From positions 1 to 27,311 of the IMG/VR virus record IMGVR_UViG_3300045911_000549: a stretch of DNA of 27,311 bases. The stretch is one strand, 5' to 3'. The DNA is from a virus. Lineage: Duplodnaviria > Caudoviricetes. A program made the position numbers and the translations under genes. The notes under the pieces were generated by a model. The model was not told the origin of the DNA and did no database searches. It saw only the letters and a list, made by a program, of their open reading frames with translations. The first letter of the stretch is position 1; the number at the start of each line of letters is the position of its first letter. Below are positions 1 to 9,413 of this stretch, piece by piece.

Positions 1-85
1 CCGAATTGAAGCCTCAACCGGGCCGCGATCGAGTTCGCCGTCATGGACGATTTCCATGCTTGAATAAGCATGGCCGAATTGAAGC
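1..85 (+). CRISPR. CRISPR array fragment, type I-G (I-U)-like repeat: partial repeat (1-12), 37-bp spacer (13-49), full 36-bp repeat (50-85)
   Basis: Bases 1-12 (CCGAATTGAAGC) equal the last 12 nt of the 36-mer at 50-85 (ATTTCCATGCTTGAATAAGCATGGCCGAATTGAAGC). The repeat has a CCATGCT/AGCATGG hairpin and ends in ATTGAAGC, as I-G repeats do. The 37-nt spacer is far more GC-rich than the phage DNA. Confidence 0.85.
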
Positions 86-891
86 ACACAGCATTGGAGC
101 CTGTCCAAAAGGCTTTCCTCTTGATTATCGAGGTGTTTCAATCCGTTCAATCGGTCATTACTGACCTACTTGGGGCAGCCTTGTCTTTGGTAGGTATTGC
201 ATTGAAGCCTATCGGCTTTTTTTTGAAGATACTTCTTGCCCCCTTTCAGGTCTTGGGAAAGATTATCCAATTCTTGCTAAAGCCTTTGAATCTTGCTTTG
301 CAAGCATTTACGAAAGTCTTTGACGTTCTTACGTCTGTCTTTGGAATACTTGACCCGATTGCCAATTTATTCGATAGCCTTTTTGCTTCGGTCGGGGAAG
401 CCTTGAAAGGGATCGTAGAAACGATGGGGGGATTCTGGGGGGCAATCGGCAAGATATTCAAGTCGCTGGGGCAGGCCCTGATAAAGCTTACTCCAATTAC
501 TCCAATTATCGAAAGGATATTTAACGCTATCATTTCCTTTGTGAAAATGATCGGCGATGTAGTTGACTGGATTGGAAGGAAGGTTCAGAATCTTCTGGAT
601 AAATTACCCAATATCGGCGGTTCTTCCTCGGGCAAGTCTTCTTCGGCTTTCTTCCCGATTGGGGGGGCTTCTTCGGTAGGGGCAGCCAGCAATCAAGCCA
701 GCTACACTAGTTTTTACGATCTGGGGCAAAAAGCTCGCCAAATGTCGGCATCGGCAAGCGAAAGCCCAGAGACAAGGGAACTTGTCAAGTTGAATACTAA
801 CCTCAAAGCGATATTTGATAAAGTCTTCAATCTGGAAAAAGATACTCAAGCAAGCACCAAACTTTCGCAAATACCAACGGGTAACTACTAA
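86..891 (+). CDS. Tail tape-measure-like protein, C-terminal part (5'-truncated by the CRISPR repeat)
   Basis: Long amphipathic, hydrophobic helical repeats (LKPIGFFLKILLAPFQVLGKIIQFLLKPL...) upstream of tail genes. The ORF-track start MAELK at 70 is encoded by the repeat itself. Confidence 0.7.
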
Positions 892-1886
892 TGGCTTTAG
901 ATATTCAGCTCCCCGATTTCGCTATTCAAGAATTGGTCGAGAAGGTTGCCGATCAATCTCCGGGCACGGTTTCAATCTCCCTTGATGGGGCAGATTCAAA
1001 CATGGTCTACCAGCTACCGTGGGAAAAAAGATACGATGCAACGATCTTTATTCTTGGTGCAGCTTGGGTAGATCGTCCGTCAGGCGCTACTCCCGTTCTT
1101 CGACGGCTGATACCTTTACGACACCCAAGCTACCCGAATTTGTACGCTCGTAAGCTGTCTTACACTGGCAAGAAATGGACTGGCAAAGAATCGAACGGCG
1201 AAAATCTTCCTGAATGGAAAAGGCAAGATGAAACGTCTAAGTACTCTATCGCAGATTTTAACGTCGAATTTTCCCCGCTATACTTCAAAGTCTATACAGA
1301 CGATGAGGTATATAACCCAGAAACAGGCGAATACGAGGAATGGGAAAGATTTTGCAGGCTGTACTATCAGCCTGCCCCCGATCTCATTACCATCGAAAAC
1401 GGGTCATTCAAATGGGCAGAAGGACCAAAGACCGGCCAAGATTTCCCTGCAAATATAAGCTATCCAGAACGGAAAGCCGATATAACATTCAAATGGTTAT
1501 TCGTGCCACAAGAATACACGCACGATTCAAACGATATCCCTGTAAAGATCGAGGCTTGTATTGGAAAGCTGAATAGTCTTACAACCTTTGGAAGGGCAGC
1601 CGGTACTTTGCTTTTAGATTCGGTCGAATTTGAGCCGGTCACGATCCCCCTTGTGACCGATGATTGGCAAGCATATTTTGCCAATCATATCACCCTTAAA
1701 TTTAAGTTTTTCGATCCCCCGAACGGTGACCCCGGCTCATCTATTCGGGGGCATAATCTGCTGCCAGATCGGGGGGCAGATAATACTTGGTCTTATTATT
1801 ATGCAACTAATGATGGGACGATGACTGGCAAACCTTTGTATGATAGTACGGACTTTTATGAGATGTTTCGTTATTGGGGGGCTTAA
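891..1886 (+). CDS. Putative virion tail/baseplate protein (hypothetical)
   Basis: 331-aa ORF coupled to the previous stop (TAATG overlap), lying between the tape measure and the tail fibre. No family recognised. Confidence 0.55.
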   Translation: MALDIQLPDFAIQELVEKVADQSPGTVSISLDGADSNMVYQLPWEKRYDATIFILGAAWVDRPSGATPVLRRLIPLRHPSYPNLYARKLSYTGKKWTGKESNGENLPEWKRQDETSKYSIADFNVEFSPLYFKVYTDDEVYNPETGEYEEWERFCRLYYQPAPDLITIENGSFKWAEGPKTGQDFPANISYPERKADITFKWLFVPQEYTHDSNDIPVKIEACIGKLNSLTTFGRAAGTLLLDSVEFEPVTIPLVTDDWQAYFANHITLKFKFFDPPNGDPGSSIRGHNLLPDRGADNTWSYYYATNDGTMTGKPLYDSTDFYEMFRYWGA

Positions 1887-3787
1887 TTGTGCCTATCAAT
1901 ATCCCACCGGGGCCTTTATCTGCAAATACGGCTGCAAGACTATCTAGTCTTTTGAACAAGCTGGAACCGATTGCTGGGCTAAAATTTTCTGCCCCCCTTT
2001 CGATTTCTCGCTCAGGGGGCTTCCCCCTTGTTAATGCCGATGCCTTGCAAGATTCTGGGAACGGGGCAGGGATTACCGTTGAGGACACTTACGGGGCCAG
2101 CTTCTCGGGGATTGATACCCTTTTGCTGAATTATAGCGAAGTAACAAACCCTTCGGCTGGCACGGCTGAGATTACCCCTGTCCTTGCCAGCGACACCAGC
2201 CGGGGAGATATTAGCTTTGATCCAGACGAATGGGATTTACAAAAGCTGGGGCAGGGGACAAAAGTTGCGGACGGCTTTGGGATAGCGAACACCGAAGCCG
2301 ACAAAGATATTTTCCAGATATCAGGGGCACCCGGGGCTTCGGGGCCTTTTAGCATACCGGGGGTAAACGGGGGCAAATGCGTTTATTTGGGGAGAAGGAA
2401 CGTCGGGGGCACTTTCCCCGACTTTGATGGTTATACTTACCCTGCCCTTAAATGTAATATCGACACGTACTGGTATCGAGAAGGGGCAGCATTTGGGGAT
2501 ACCCCCGTTAGTGCAGGGGTGAGTGATCTAGTCCGCATTCGGGCAGGATCAACTGCAACAGGGGTATCGAGGGCCTTCACTTTTGCCCACCAATACCAGC
2601 ATCCTGTTTTCGGGACTTATGCATATTGTGATAGTCTGATCTCAGCCGTCAGGCCGATAGCTGATGGGTATTGGATCGGATTTCCAACGATGCCAACAAC
2701 TTTGGACGGGTATATCCTCGGGGCCAACGGGTATATTCAAGCGAAGATTAAATATCTAGTCGGGGACGGGATTGCAACGGTCGAAGGGGCCACCGGAACC
2801 GATTCTGTTGGCAATCACTTTACGGGTGGGATCGTTGACACGATTGGATCGGGGGGCAGCTTTCAAACGGGGATCCAATGGCAGGACGAAGGAAGTAATC
2901 TCGGGACATCGGGGACAGTAAACACGGTCGATTTTGTAGGCTCCGGCTTTACGGCGGAGCGATCAGGAAACAAAGTAACCGTGACTGGAACGGCTGCCCC
3001 TATCGATGCCCAATTCCTTTGCCTTGCTCTGAATGGTACTTTGACCCAAGAAAGACAACTGGCCCTTGAATCTGGGGTATTAACGGGAACCGACGGGGGG
3101 GCTGGGGGGAATTACACGATCTCAATTAATTCGGGGGGCATCGGGACGGGCAAGCTGGCTAACAATTCTGTAACCTTTGCCAAGTTTCAACAGATAGCTG
3201 CCCTAAGCTTATTCGGGAACCCAACGGGATCAACTGCAAACGGGCAGGAAATTACGCTCGGGCAGGGGCTTTCCTTTTCAGGGACTACCCTAGTTTGGAC
3301 AGGCACGACAGGGGCAACAGCTGCCCTTATCGATGGATCAGCCGTAACCTCGGGTCTGGTTTCAACGGCTGGCTCTGGGCTGGATTATGCCGAGCAAAGT
3401 TTAGCACCGGGTGTTTACAACATTTTTATGGGCCCGGGTTGGACAAACATTGGTCTAAATATGACCATCCCTTCGAATGGTAGATATACGTTCAAAGGCA
3501 TGTGGCGAGGTTACATTGTTCCTATTATGGGTGGGGCTGGTTACATGACGGCAGCTCTGTTCAAAAACGGAATTCTGATACCAAACTCCGAAAGCATACT
3601 TGTGGTGGACGCCGGCCGTGAAAGTGCTCAAGGCCAACAGCCAGTAACAGGAGATACTACAATTTGCATTGAAGGGGATATAATATCTTTGTACGCTCGC
3701 TGGAATGATGGCCCCCTAGTGGTTGCCCAAGTCGTGTCTGGGTTTGATGGTGTCACACGGATTGAATGCGAGCGTATAAAATTATAA
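1874..3787 (+). CDS. Tail fibre / receptor-binding-like protein (probable start GTG 1889)
   Basis: Gly/Thr/Ser-rich beta-type protein. Contains the tail-fibre-like segments DEGSNLGT..VNTVDFVG and IGTGKLANNSVTFAKFQ..SLFGNPTGSTAN, and a C-terminal beta-sandwich-like domain. Confidence 0.7.
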   Translation: MGGLIVPINIPPGPLSANTAARLSSLLNKLEPIAGLKFSAPLSISRSGGFPLVNADALQDSGNGAGITVEDTYGASFSGIDTLLLNYSEVTNPSAGTAEITPVLASDTSRGDISFDPDEWDLQKLGQGTKVADGFGIANTEADKDIFQISGAPGASGPFSIPGVNGGKCVYLGRRNVGGTFPDFDGYTYPALKCNIDTYWYREGAAFGDTPVSAGVSDLVRIRAGSTATGVSRAFTFAHQYQHPVFGTYAYCDSLISAVRPIADGYWIGFPTMPTTLDGYILGANGYIQAKIKYLVGDGIATVEGATGTDSVGNHFTGGIVDTIGSGGSFQTGIQWQDEGSNLGTSGTVNTVDFVGSGFTAERSGNKVTVTGTAAPIDAQFLCLALNGTLTQERQLALESGVLTGTDGGAGGNYTISINSGGIGTGKLANNSVTFAKFQQIAALSLFGNPTGSTANGQEITLGQGLSFSGTTLVWTGTTGATAALIDGSAVTSGLVSTAGSGLDYAEQSLAPGVYNIFMGPGWTNIGLNMTIPSNGRYTFKGMWRGYIVPIMGGAGYMTAALFKNGILIPNSESILVVDAGRESAQGQQPVTGDTTICIEGDIISLYARWNDGPLVVAQVVSGFDGVTRIECERIKL

Positions 3788-3805
3788 TCAAAGGAACGTC
3801 GAAGA

Positions 3806-4384
3806 ATGGATGAATTAAAAAAGGCTTTCGAGCCAGTCAAACAAAACTTTGAGGATGGCATTGCATCCTTGAATGCCATCGTCGGCAAGATCAATGCCAA
3901 GATGGCCGAGATATCTTCCAACGAAAGTGAGGTGGCTTCCCTTACGGGGCAAGTTTCAAAGCTCAAAAAAGAATTGGAGCAAATATCCAAACAACGGGAT
4001 GAGATGCGTCAGGGGCTTATCAATGCCCAGAACGATCTCGCAGACGGGGCACGCCGGGCAGCTTCCCAACGGGAAGAACTAGAGGCTCGATGCAAAGCCG
4101 ATATCGAGAAGGTGCTGGCAGAAAACGAACGGATCAAAAAAGAATCGGATGAGATCAAGAAGGCAAGCGATGCTATTCTCGCTGAGAATATGACCCTCAA
4201 GCAAATGTATGAGGATTATAAAAATCATCCTGCGGTTGTAGCTGCAAGGATCAAAAAGCAACAGGAATATCTTGAAAGCCTGCGAAAGGATGCGAAGGAA
4301 AAAGAAGCCTTAATCCTTGCGGAAATTGAAAAGTTAAAGAAACAAGATCAATCTTCCAATGAATCGGGAAGCCCTGTTTCGTGA
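3806..4384 (+). CDS. Coiled-coil protein, unknown function
   Basis: 192 aa, K/E-rich heptad pattern, no TM segment; AAGGA RBS upstream. Confidence 0.7.
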   Translation: MDELKKAFEPVKQNFEDGIASLNAIVGKINAKMAEISSNESEVASLTGQVSKLKKELEQISKQRDEMRQGLINAQNDLADGARRAASQREELEARCKADIEKVLAENERIKKESDEIKKASDAILAENMTLKQMYEDYKNHPAVVAARIKKQQEYLESLRKDAKEKEALILAEIEKLKKQDQSSNESGSPVS

Positions 4385-4399
4385 GGGGTAGCCATCGGC

Positions 4400-4624
4400 T
4401 TACTTCTCCTTCTTTGGGCTTGTCAAGCTGATAGCTTTGCCCAAGACGGCTGCCAGAATTTCGGCTTTTTCAAGGGTCAGCCTTTTCTCCCCTTTGATAA
4501 ATTCGGCAAGGAAGGTTCGGCTGATGCCTTCCTTGCCATCGATCTTAGACTTATTCGATAATTTGGTTATGCTCATGCCCGACTGAGCTACCAGCAAACG
4601 AAGGTCTTTAGAAATACTACTCAT
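4400..4624 (-). CDS. XRE/Cro-C1 family HTH transcriptional regulator
   Basis: SGMSITKLSNKS...ISRTFLAEFIKGEKRLTLEKAEILAAVLG is a typical HTH_3 pattern; GAGGAG RBS upstream. Confidence 0.8.
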   Translation of the reverse strand: MSSISKDLRLLVAQSGMSITKLSNKSKIDGKEGISRTFLAEFIKGEKRLTLEKAEILAAVLGKAISLTSPKKEK

Positions 4625-4669
4625 AACCGTTACAACTCCTCAAGTTAGATAGAAAAAGGGCTTAGTTTA

Positions 4670-4719
4670 AGTATAGCTATAGCGTCTTTCTTGTCAACTG
4701 AGAAGCAATAAAGTACGAT
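4670..4719. promoter_or_regulatory. Overlapping divergent sigma70-type promoters
   Basis: Minus strand: TTGACA(4697-4692)-N16-TATACT(4675-4670), towards the XRE gene. Plus strand: TTGTCA(4691-4696)-N17-TACGAT(4714-4719), towards the metalloprotease cassette. A GCTATAGC palindrome lies at 4676-4683. Confidence 0.65.
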
Positions 4720-4754
4720 TCCAAAAGAACTGAATAATCCGAAGAGAAGAATTT

Positions 4755-5708
4755 ATGTCAGATGCACAAAGCCCCAAAGATGCCCCCGTTCCTGCCCCTG
4801 CCCCTGCAATCGGGTCGGGGGGCTGGTTCACTGAAGCCCAAAAGAGTAAGCTGGTCGCTATCCTGATATTCTTTCTCGGGGCTCTGGCCCTTTTGATCCT
4901 ACAATGGCTTCGCAAGGAAGCTGGCCTAAATCAAGAAACCCCCACTCCCCAGCCACCAGCTTTGGTGGCTGAAAAACCTGCCCCTCAAGCCCTTGTCGAG
5001 GATGATATCCCCCTTTACTTTTGCGGGGATCGTCCACGGCTGCAAGATAATTTCCGAGCGAAGCGATTCCCAACCGATAAGATCACGTGGTCTATTGATC
5101 CTTCGGGATATGTTGGCAGATTGAAGCCCGAGGATATTATTCAAGCTTTCGAGATTGCTTGGCAGACTTGGAGACGCTGGCTAAATATCGAACCCGTGAA
5201 TGTTGGAAGCTGGGTCGCTGGGGCAGACGGGAAACAGGTCTGGAAGCCCAACGAGGCTAAAGCTTTGGTGCGGTCTCGGTTTGGGGTATTGATGCGAGAA
5301 GATGGCCGACCCGATGGCCCCCGCAACATTCTGGCTTATTCTGAATTGTCAGACGGAACGCTTGTTGCAAAAGAACAATTGTATGACAATGCCGAGAATT
5401 GGGGTATAGCAGAGAACCCCCCGGCTTCGATGATAGAAATGGTGCGGGTCGCTGCCCATGAGATCGGGCACGCTCTGGGGCTCGAGCACGATCACGTCGG
5501 CACAGGGGCTCTGATGGAACCGACGTATTCTCGCAACGTCCGCTTCCCCACCAGCCGAGACGCTAGTAGGATGTACCAGCTTGGATATAAGCCTCGTGAC
5601 GACAAGGCCAATCCTTCTAAGCCCATTCTCATTTCGGTAACAGCCGATGCGGAAAAACTAATTGATGCCCTGCGTCAGGCTGGGTATGCTATTGAGATAA
5701 AGAAATGA
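4755..5708 (+). CDS. Membrane-anchored matrixin (peptidase M10-like) zinc metalloprotease
   Basis: Metzincin motif HEIGHALGLEH followed by the Met-turn ALMEPTY; AFEIAWQTW helix; N-terminal TM segment LVAILIFFLGALALLIL. Confidence 0.85.
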   Translation: MSDAQSPKDAPVPAPAPAIGSGGWFTEAQKSKLVAILIFFLGALALLILQWLRKEAGLNQETPTPQPPALVAEKPAPQALVEDDIPLYFCGDRPRLQDNFRAKRFPTDKITWSIDPSGYVGRLKPEDIIQAFEIAWQTWRRWLNIEPVNVGSWVAGADGKQVWKPNEAKALVRSRFGVLMREDGRPDGPRNILAYSELSDGTLVAKEQLYDNAENWGIAENPPASMIEMVRVAAHEIGHALGLEHDHVGTGALMEPTYSRNVRFPTSRDASRMYQLGYKPRDDKANPSKPILISVTADAEKLIDALRQAGYAIEIKK

Positions 5709-5833
5709 TCGAAAGGTTAAAGATTGGGCTGGCAGCCGTAGAACCTTTGGCTAAATGGCTCACCCTTATAATCGCTATTCTATTCGTTGCATTTCTGTTA
5801 GATAATCTAAGGTTCCCAAAAAGAAAAAGGTAA
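5705..5833 (+). CDS. Small single-TM membrane protein (42 aa; holin-like candidate), not in the ORF track
   Basis: ATGA overlap with the upstream stop. Translates MIERLKIGLAAVEPLAKWLTLIIAILFVAFLLDNLRFPKRKR and ends 4 nt before the next ATG. Confidence 0.55.
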   Translation: MIERLKIGLAAVEPLAKWLTLIIAILFVAFLLDNLRFPKRKR

Positions 5834-5837
5834 AAAT

Positions 5838-7616
5838 ATGTTTTCGGCTTTGGCCTTATCGTATGTATTGGCTGCCCCAATTGATAAAGACGCTCAGATC
5901 ATCTCCCCAGCTTTGGTGGTTGTGGAAGTTGCCAAAGATATCGTCCGGCTTGTTGACAATCGAATTTATCGACCCGAAGAGATCCCTTTTCAGATTTGGT
6001 TTTCTTTTCATACTTTGCCCCCAGCTGATCGGGCAGACTTCCAAAGGATTTTTACCTTTTGGCTTAATCATCTTTCGGCAAGCCCCAGAATAGTAAGGCT
6101 TGAATACTTACAAGATAATTTAATAGGTCGGCTTGATGTTCGGGACGCTCCGAATTGGACACGCACGGGCTGGCAGATTGTCGGGAATCGCGACTATCTT
6201 TTTCGAGAACCGAATATCCCACACCTTGTTACCCAATTTGTTCGAGATTTCACAGGGGTAAAGCAAGATAAGGAAACGCTGGCAGCCGGAGTAATTTTGA
6301 ACGCTTGGCAGTTCTTTAGAGATACGATTGAATCCAATCGGGTGGGCAGCTATTACGATATCCTTTATGGGAAGCAAAGACACCCAGACGGGATTGTTCT
6401 GCCCCCTTCGGGGATCAGCCGACCCGCAAAGATTGAGCGAAAAGTAGTTTCTTGGGAAGGGGGGAAGTGGAAGGACGGGAAGGAATACCCAGCCGGTTCG
6501 TTTACTTATTACAAAGATATTGTGATTGAACCAGCCGTCGAAGCAAGCCCTTTTCCCCGAGTGATCCCCAGCGAAAAAAAAGGCGATGCGAATTTCCCAG
6601 CGACTGGTAAAGACTTCGAGACGATTTGGGGGGCAGACGTTTCAGCCGAAGCCCTGAAAAAGCTGGGGGTCGATCCTCGGGTTGGGGGCATCGCATTAGG
6701 CAAGCTTGACGGGGATGGGGCAGGAAGCTTTGTTGCCCTTCGCACAAGGGCAATTCGGGTAACTCCTTCGGCTTACGGGAATGTCAGCCGTACCTTTGAC
6801 GTTTTCCGCTCGCAAGGCGATAAAGATCATCGTCGAAGATTTGGGCAAATATCAAAAGGTGAGATCGGGGCAGACGGTTCGGAAATTCTCGCTACCTTGC
6901 CGAACGGGGCACAGGCTGGGCTTCTCTGTAATGACAAAGATGAACGGGTCGAGCTTGCCCCCTCTGACCTTGCCCAAGTCGATAGCAAGATTGATAAATT
7001 TGCAGACGTTAGAACGCATATGTCTTGCATCGTCTGCCATGCCCCGATGGGTGGATTTATCCCCTTCAACGAGCAAGTAAAGGCAGCTTTGGAAGCTGGG
7101 ATAAAGCTCGAAGCCCAAGACGATGACCCTGCAAAGCAAAGGGAGAAAGCCCGAAAGGTTGAAGAGTTTTATCTTGATTGGGAATACAAAATAAAGGGGT
7201 GGCAGGCCCCTTACCTTCGCTTCATTGAGCAAACTACGTTCGATCCAGTGACAAAAAAATCTTGGACACCAGCCGAAACGGTTGTCAGATTTCAAAAGTA
7301 CAGAGATCAATATGATAGACCTTTGAAAATTGACGATGCTTGCCGAGAATTGGGGGTAAGCCCTGCCCAGCTTCGGATAGCAATTTTGGCAAAGAAGCCT
7401 GTCGAGATTGGCCCTAACGAATTGGTCGTCGGTCGGTCGATATCCCGTGACTCTTGGGAATCGTCGGAGCAAGGGGGAGTCGCACGGGAATGCTATTTGC
7501 TCCTTGATGCTTGCAAAGAGCATGAAGAACGGGTAAAATTATTACTCAAAGATGGGCTGATCGAAGAAGCCATTAACGAGTTTAAAAAGCAATTCCTCGG
7601 GGAGAAGAAAAAGTGA
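5838..7616 (+). CDS. Exported Planctomycete-type protein with a c-type heme-binding motif
   Basis: SCIVCH (CxxCH), preceded by the GSEILATLPNGAQAGLL..D..VELAP segment that I recognise from planctomycete cytochrome-like proteins; short hydrophobic N-terminus. Confidence 0.7.
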   Translation: MFSALALSYVLAAPIDKDAQIISPALVVVEVAKDIVRLVDNRIYRPEEIPFQIWFSFHTLPPADRADFQRIFTFWLNHLSASPRIVRLEYLQDNLIGRLDVRDAPNWTRTGWQIVGNRDYLFREPNIPHLVTQFVRDFTGVKQDKETLAAGVILNAWQFFRDTIESNRVGSYYDILYGKQRHPDGIVLPPSGISRPAKIERKVVSWEGGKWKDGKEYPAGSFTYYKDIVIEPAVEASPFPRVIPSEKKGDANFPATGKDFETIWGADVSAEALKKLGVDPRVGGIALGKLDGDGAGSFVALRTRAIRVTPSAYGNVSRTFDVFRSQGDKDHRRRFGQISKGEIGADGSEILATLPNGAQAGLLCNDKDERVELAPSDLAQVDSKIDKFADVRTHMSCIVCHAPMGGFIPFNEQVKAALEAGIKLEAQDDDPAKQREKARKVEEFYLDWEYKIKGWQAPYLRFIEQTTFDPVTKKSWTPAETVVRFQKYRDQYDRPLKIDDACRELGVSPAQLRIAILAKKPVEIGPNELVVGRSISRDSWESSEQGGVARECYLLLDACKEHEERVKLLLKDGLIEEAINEFKKQFLGEKKK

Positions 7617-8215
7617 AACTATTTGCAGCCTTCGGGCTTCTGGCTTTTTTCGGGGCTTTGATGCTCCCCGAAGCCCACTCCGATTGTCGTAGGGTAATCG
7701 TCGGGGGGCAAACTTACGCTGCCCCCGTATATGCTGCTCCGATCTACCACCAAGCCCATGAAAACATTGTACTTGTGCCAAAGGCATTTCTGGTGCAGAC
7801 CCGTAGCGACTACGCTGCGGGAATCGGTGACGAGATTCGGCAGAAGCAATTTGCCAAAGATGTCGCCGACGAGCTTTACCGGATGATCCAAGAAGCCCAG
7901 CGATATCAAGCCCCTCCCCAGACAGGGGGGCAGACCAGACCACCCGTAGATGTAACTCCGAATCCTGCCCAGCCTTTGAAAGCCGAAGGGGTTACCATCA
8001 AGGATGTTCTGGCAAAAAATTGTGTATCCTGTCACGGGAAGGGTGGGAATCTGCCCCTACTGACTGGGGACCCCGACAAGATCGACTACTTAATTCGGGG
8101 GGATATCCTGAATGCAGTCGTCGAAGGCAGAATGCCCAAAAACAAGCCTGCCTTAACGCAGGAGGAACTTAACGTCGTTCACGCTTGGCAGGATCGAAGA
8201 AAAGCGAAAAAGTGA
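7613..8215 (+). CDS. Secreted monoheme cytochrome c domain protein
   Basis: Signal peptide MKLFAAFGLLAFFGALMLPEAHS. C-terminal KNCVSCHG, distal-ligand GRMPK and LTQEELNVVHAW helix fit a class I / Planctomycete cytochrome c fold. Confidence 0.8.
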   Translation: MKLFAAFGLLAFFGALMLPEAHSDCRRVIVGGQTYAAPVYAAPIYHQAHENIVLVPKAFLVQTRSDYAAGIGDEIRQKQFAKDVADELYRMIQEAQRYQAPPQTGGQTRPPVDVTPNPAQPLKAEGVTIKDVLAKNCVSCHGKGGNLPLLTGDPDKIDYLIRGDILNAVVEGRMPKNKPALTQEELNVVHAWQDRRKAKK

Positions 8216-8310
8216 TTGTATCGGGCAGATTCTTTGAGATAATATCTTTTTCGCTGTCAGATCGGGCGTAAAGCTACGTTACCCTTCTGTCTTTCTTCAA
8301 AGGAGATTTT

Positions 8311-8796
8311 ATGCGATTTTCTGCAATTCTGACCGCTCTGGGCCTTTTGGCTTTCGGGGCTGGCAATTCCTTCGCTGGGGATTGTTTGCGTATCAATCCT
8401 TCGGCTGGGGCAGCTTTCACCACAGGGGCTTACTCGCAAGGCTTTTCTGGGGGCTGCTCTGGGGCCTACACAGACGCACCTACCCAGACCCTTGAGATTC
8501 GCGGATTCTCGACGGGATCGGCTTACGTTGCCCCCCAACCGATTGTTTTGCGGGAAGTTGCACCCGCTCCGGCTTATCATCAAGGGCAGGCAATCGTTGT
8601 GCGACAGTTCAACGCGGGTCATGCTTACGGTGCCCAACAACCGGTGATTCTGCAACAACGAGCACAACCCGTAATTGTTCGTCGTCAAGTTGTCGTTGCA
8701 CGACAACAAGGACAAGCACAACAGGGGGTAGTTGGATTACTTCGAGTCGCTGCCAATACCGTCGCTGGTGTCGCTGGTGCTCTCATCGGTCGATAG
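8311..8796 (+). CDS. Secreted Val/Gln/Gly-rich protein
   Basis: Signal peptide MRFSAILTALGLLAFGAGNSFA, AAGGAG RBS, low-complexity QPIVLR/QPVIV repeats, C-terminal glycine-zipper-like helix. Confidence 0.7.
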   Translation: MRFSAILTALGLLAFGAGNSFAGDCLRINPSAGAAFTTGAYSQGFSGGCSGAYTDAPTQTLEIRGFSTGSAYVAPQPIVLREVAPAPAYHQGQAIVVRQFNAGHAYGAQQPVILQQRAQPVIVRRQVVVARQQGQAQQGVVGLLRVAANTVAGVAGALIGR

Positions 8797-8882
8797 GTTT
8801 GGATCGCCCCCTTTGTATTCCCTGATTCTGACACTTTCAAATCCTGTTTGGAAATCACGTCCACCACACACTAAGACTTTCA

Positions 8883-9074
8883 TCAGATACCCCCTCCGTC
8901 AGCAAGTTCACAGGGGACGGGTGTCGCGTTCTTCTTCTCGATGCGTCTTTCTTCGATCAGGTTGAACACGTCGGCGATCATCAGTGTGGGATAGATCACC
9001 ACAAGGAACGGTATCGCCAGCACGATTGCAGCGATAGCGAACGGGGCAAGGACGATCAGTTTCAAGAGTTTCAC
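8883..9074 (-). CDS. Small membrane protein
   Basis: Hydrophobic N-terminal ~35 aa; GGAGG RBS before the GTG start. Confidence 0.6.
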   Translation of the reverse strand: MKLLKLIVLAPFAIAAIVLAIPFLVVIYPTLMIADVFNLIEERRIEKKNATPVPCELADGGGI

Positions 9075-9116
9075 TGTTTGGCCTCCACTTGCTTGATGGT
9101 CATTTGTGCGATGTTG

Positions 9117-9413
9117 CTACTCTGCGTGTTTCGCAGTTCTCAAATATCGCTCCGCCGTTGCCGATGGCTTGATGATTGTGCAAGCGTCAAGAACACACAC
9201 AAGATCGTCCGAAGGTCGAGATAACCTATCATTCTCGCCCTCAATAGAAGAGACATCGATCAAGGTAAGTCGATGCACAGAGTTACTCCATTGATGAATG
9301 ATGCGAGCATTTTTCAACCAAACCTCTCGGCCATTGTGGTACTGATATTCTCCGCACAGGCAGCCTGATTCCCGCGACCGCACAACAACATAATCCCCCT
9401 CAGCAAAAGACAT
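9117..9413 (-). CDS. DUF6948-like phage protein (Sm/LSm-like beta barrel)
   Basis: YVVVRSRESGCLCGEY...GREVWLKNARIIHQW matches the DUF6948 pattern. It has its own GAGGAG RBS (9420-9425) but is also in frame with the upstream Gly-rich ORF. Confidence 0.7.
   Translation of the reverse strand: MSFAEGDYVVVRSRESGCLCGEYQYHNGREVWLKNARIIHQWSNSVHRLTLIDVSSIEGENDRLSRPSDDLVCVLDACTIIKPSATAERYLRTAKHAE

Noticed and set aside
13-49. Possible self-targeting of the spacer within the window
   Set aside because: No match seen by eye and the composition differs from the phage; a computed search is needed to exclude it.
70-85. Two ORFs (70.. and ..15494) share the N-terminus MAELK, suggesting paralogy or a shufflon
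   Set aside because: Both starts are just the ATG inside the CRISPR repeat; the minus-strand gene has a better start at 15398.
3806-4384. Spanin or lysis role for the coiled-coil protein
   Set aside because: No TM segment or lipobox.
6852-8721. Long antisense ORFs, here and opposite other large genes (e.g. 14328..14975, 11064..11633)
   Set aside because: They overlap well-supported genes on the other strand and have no motifs.
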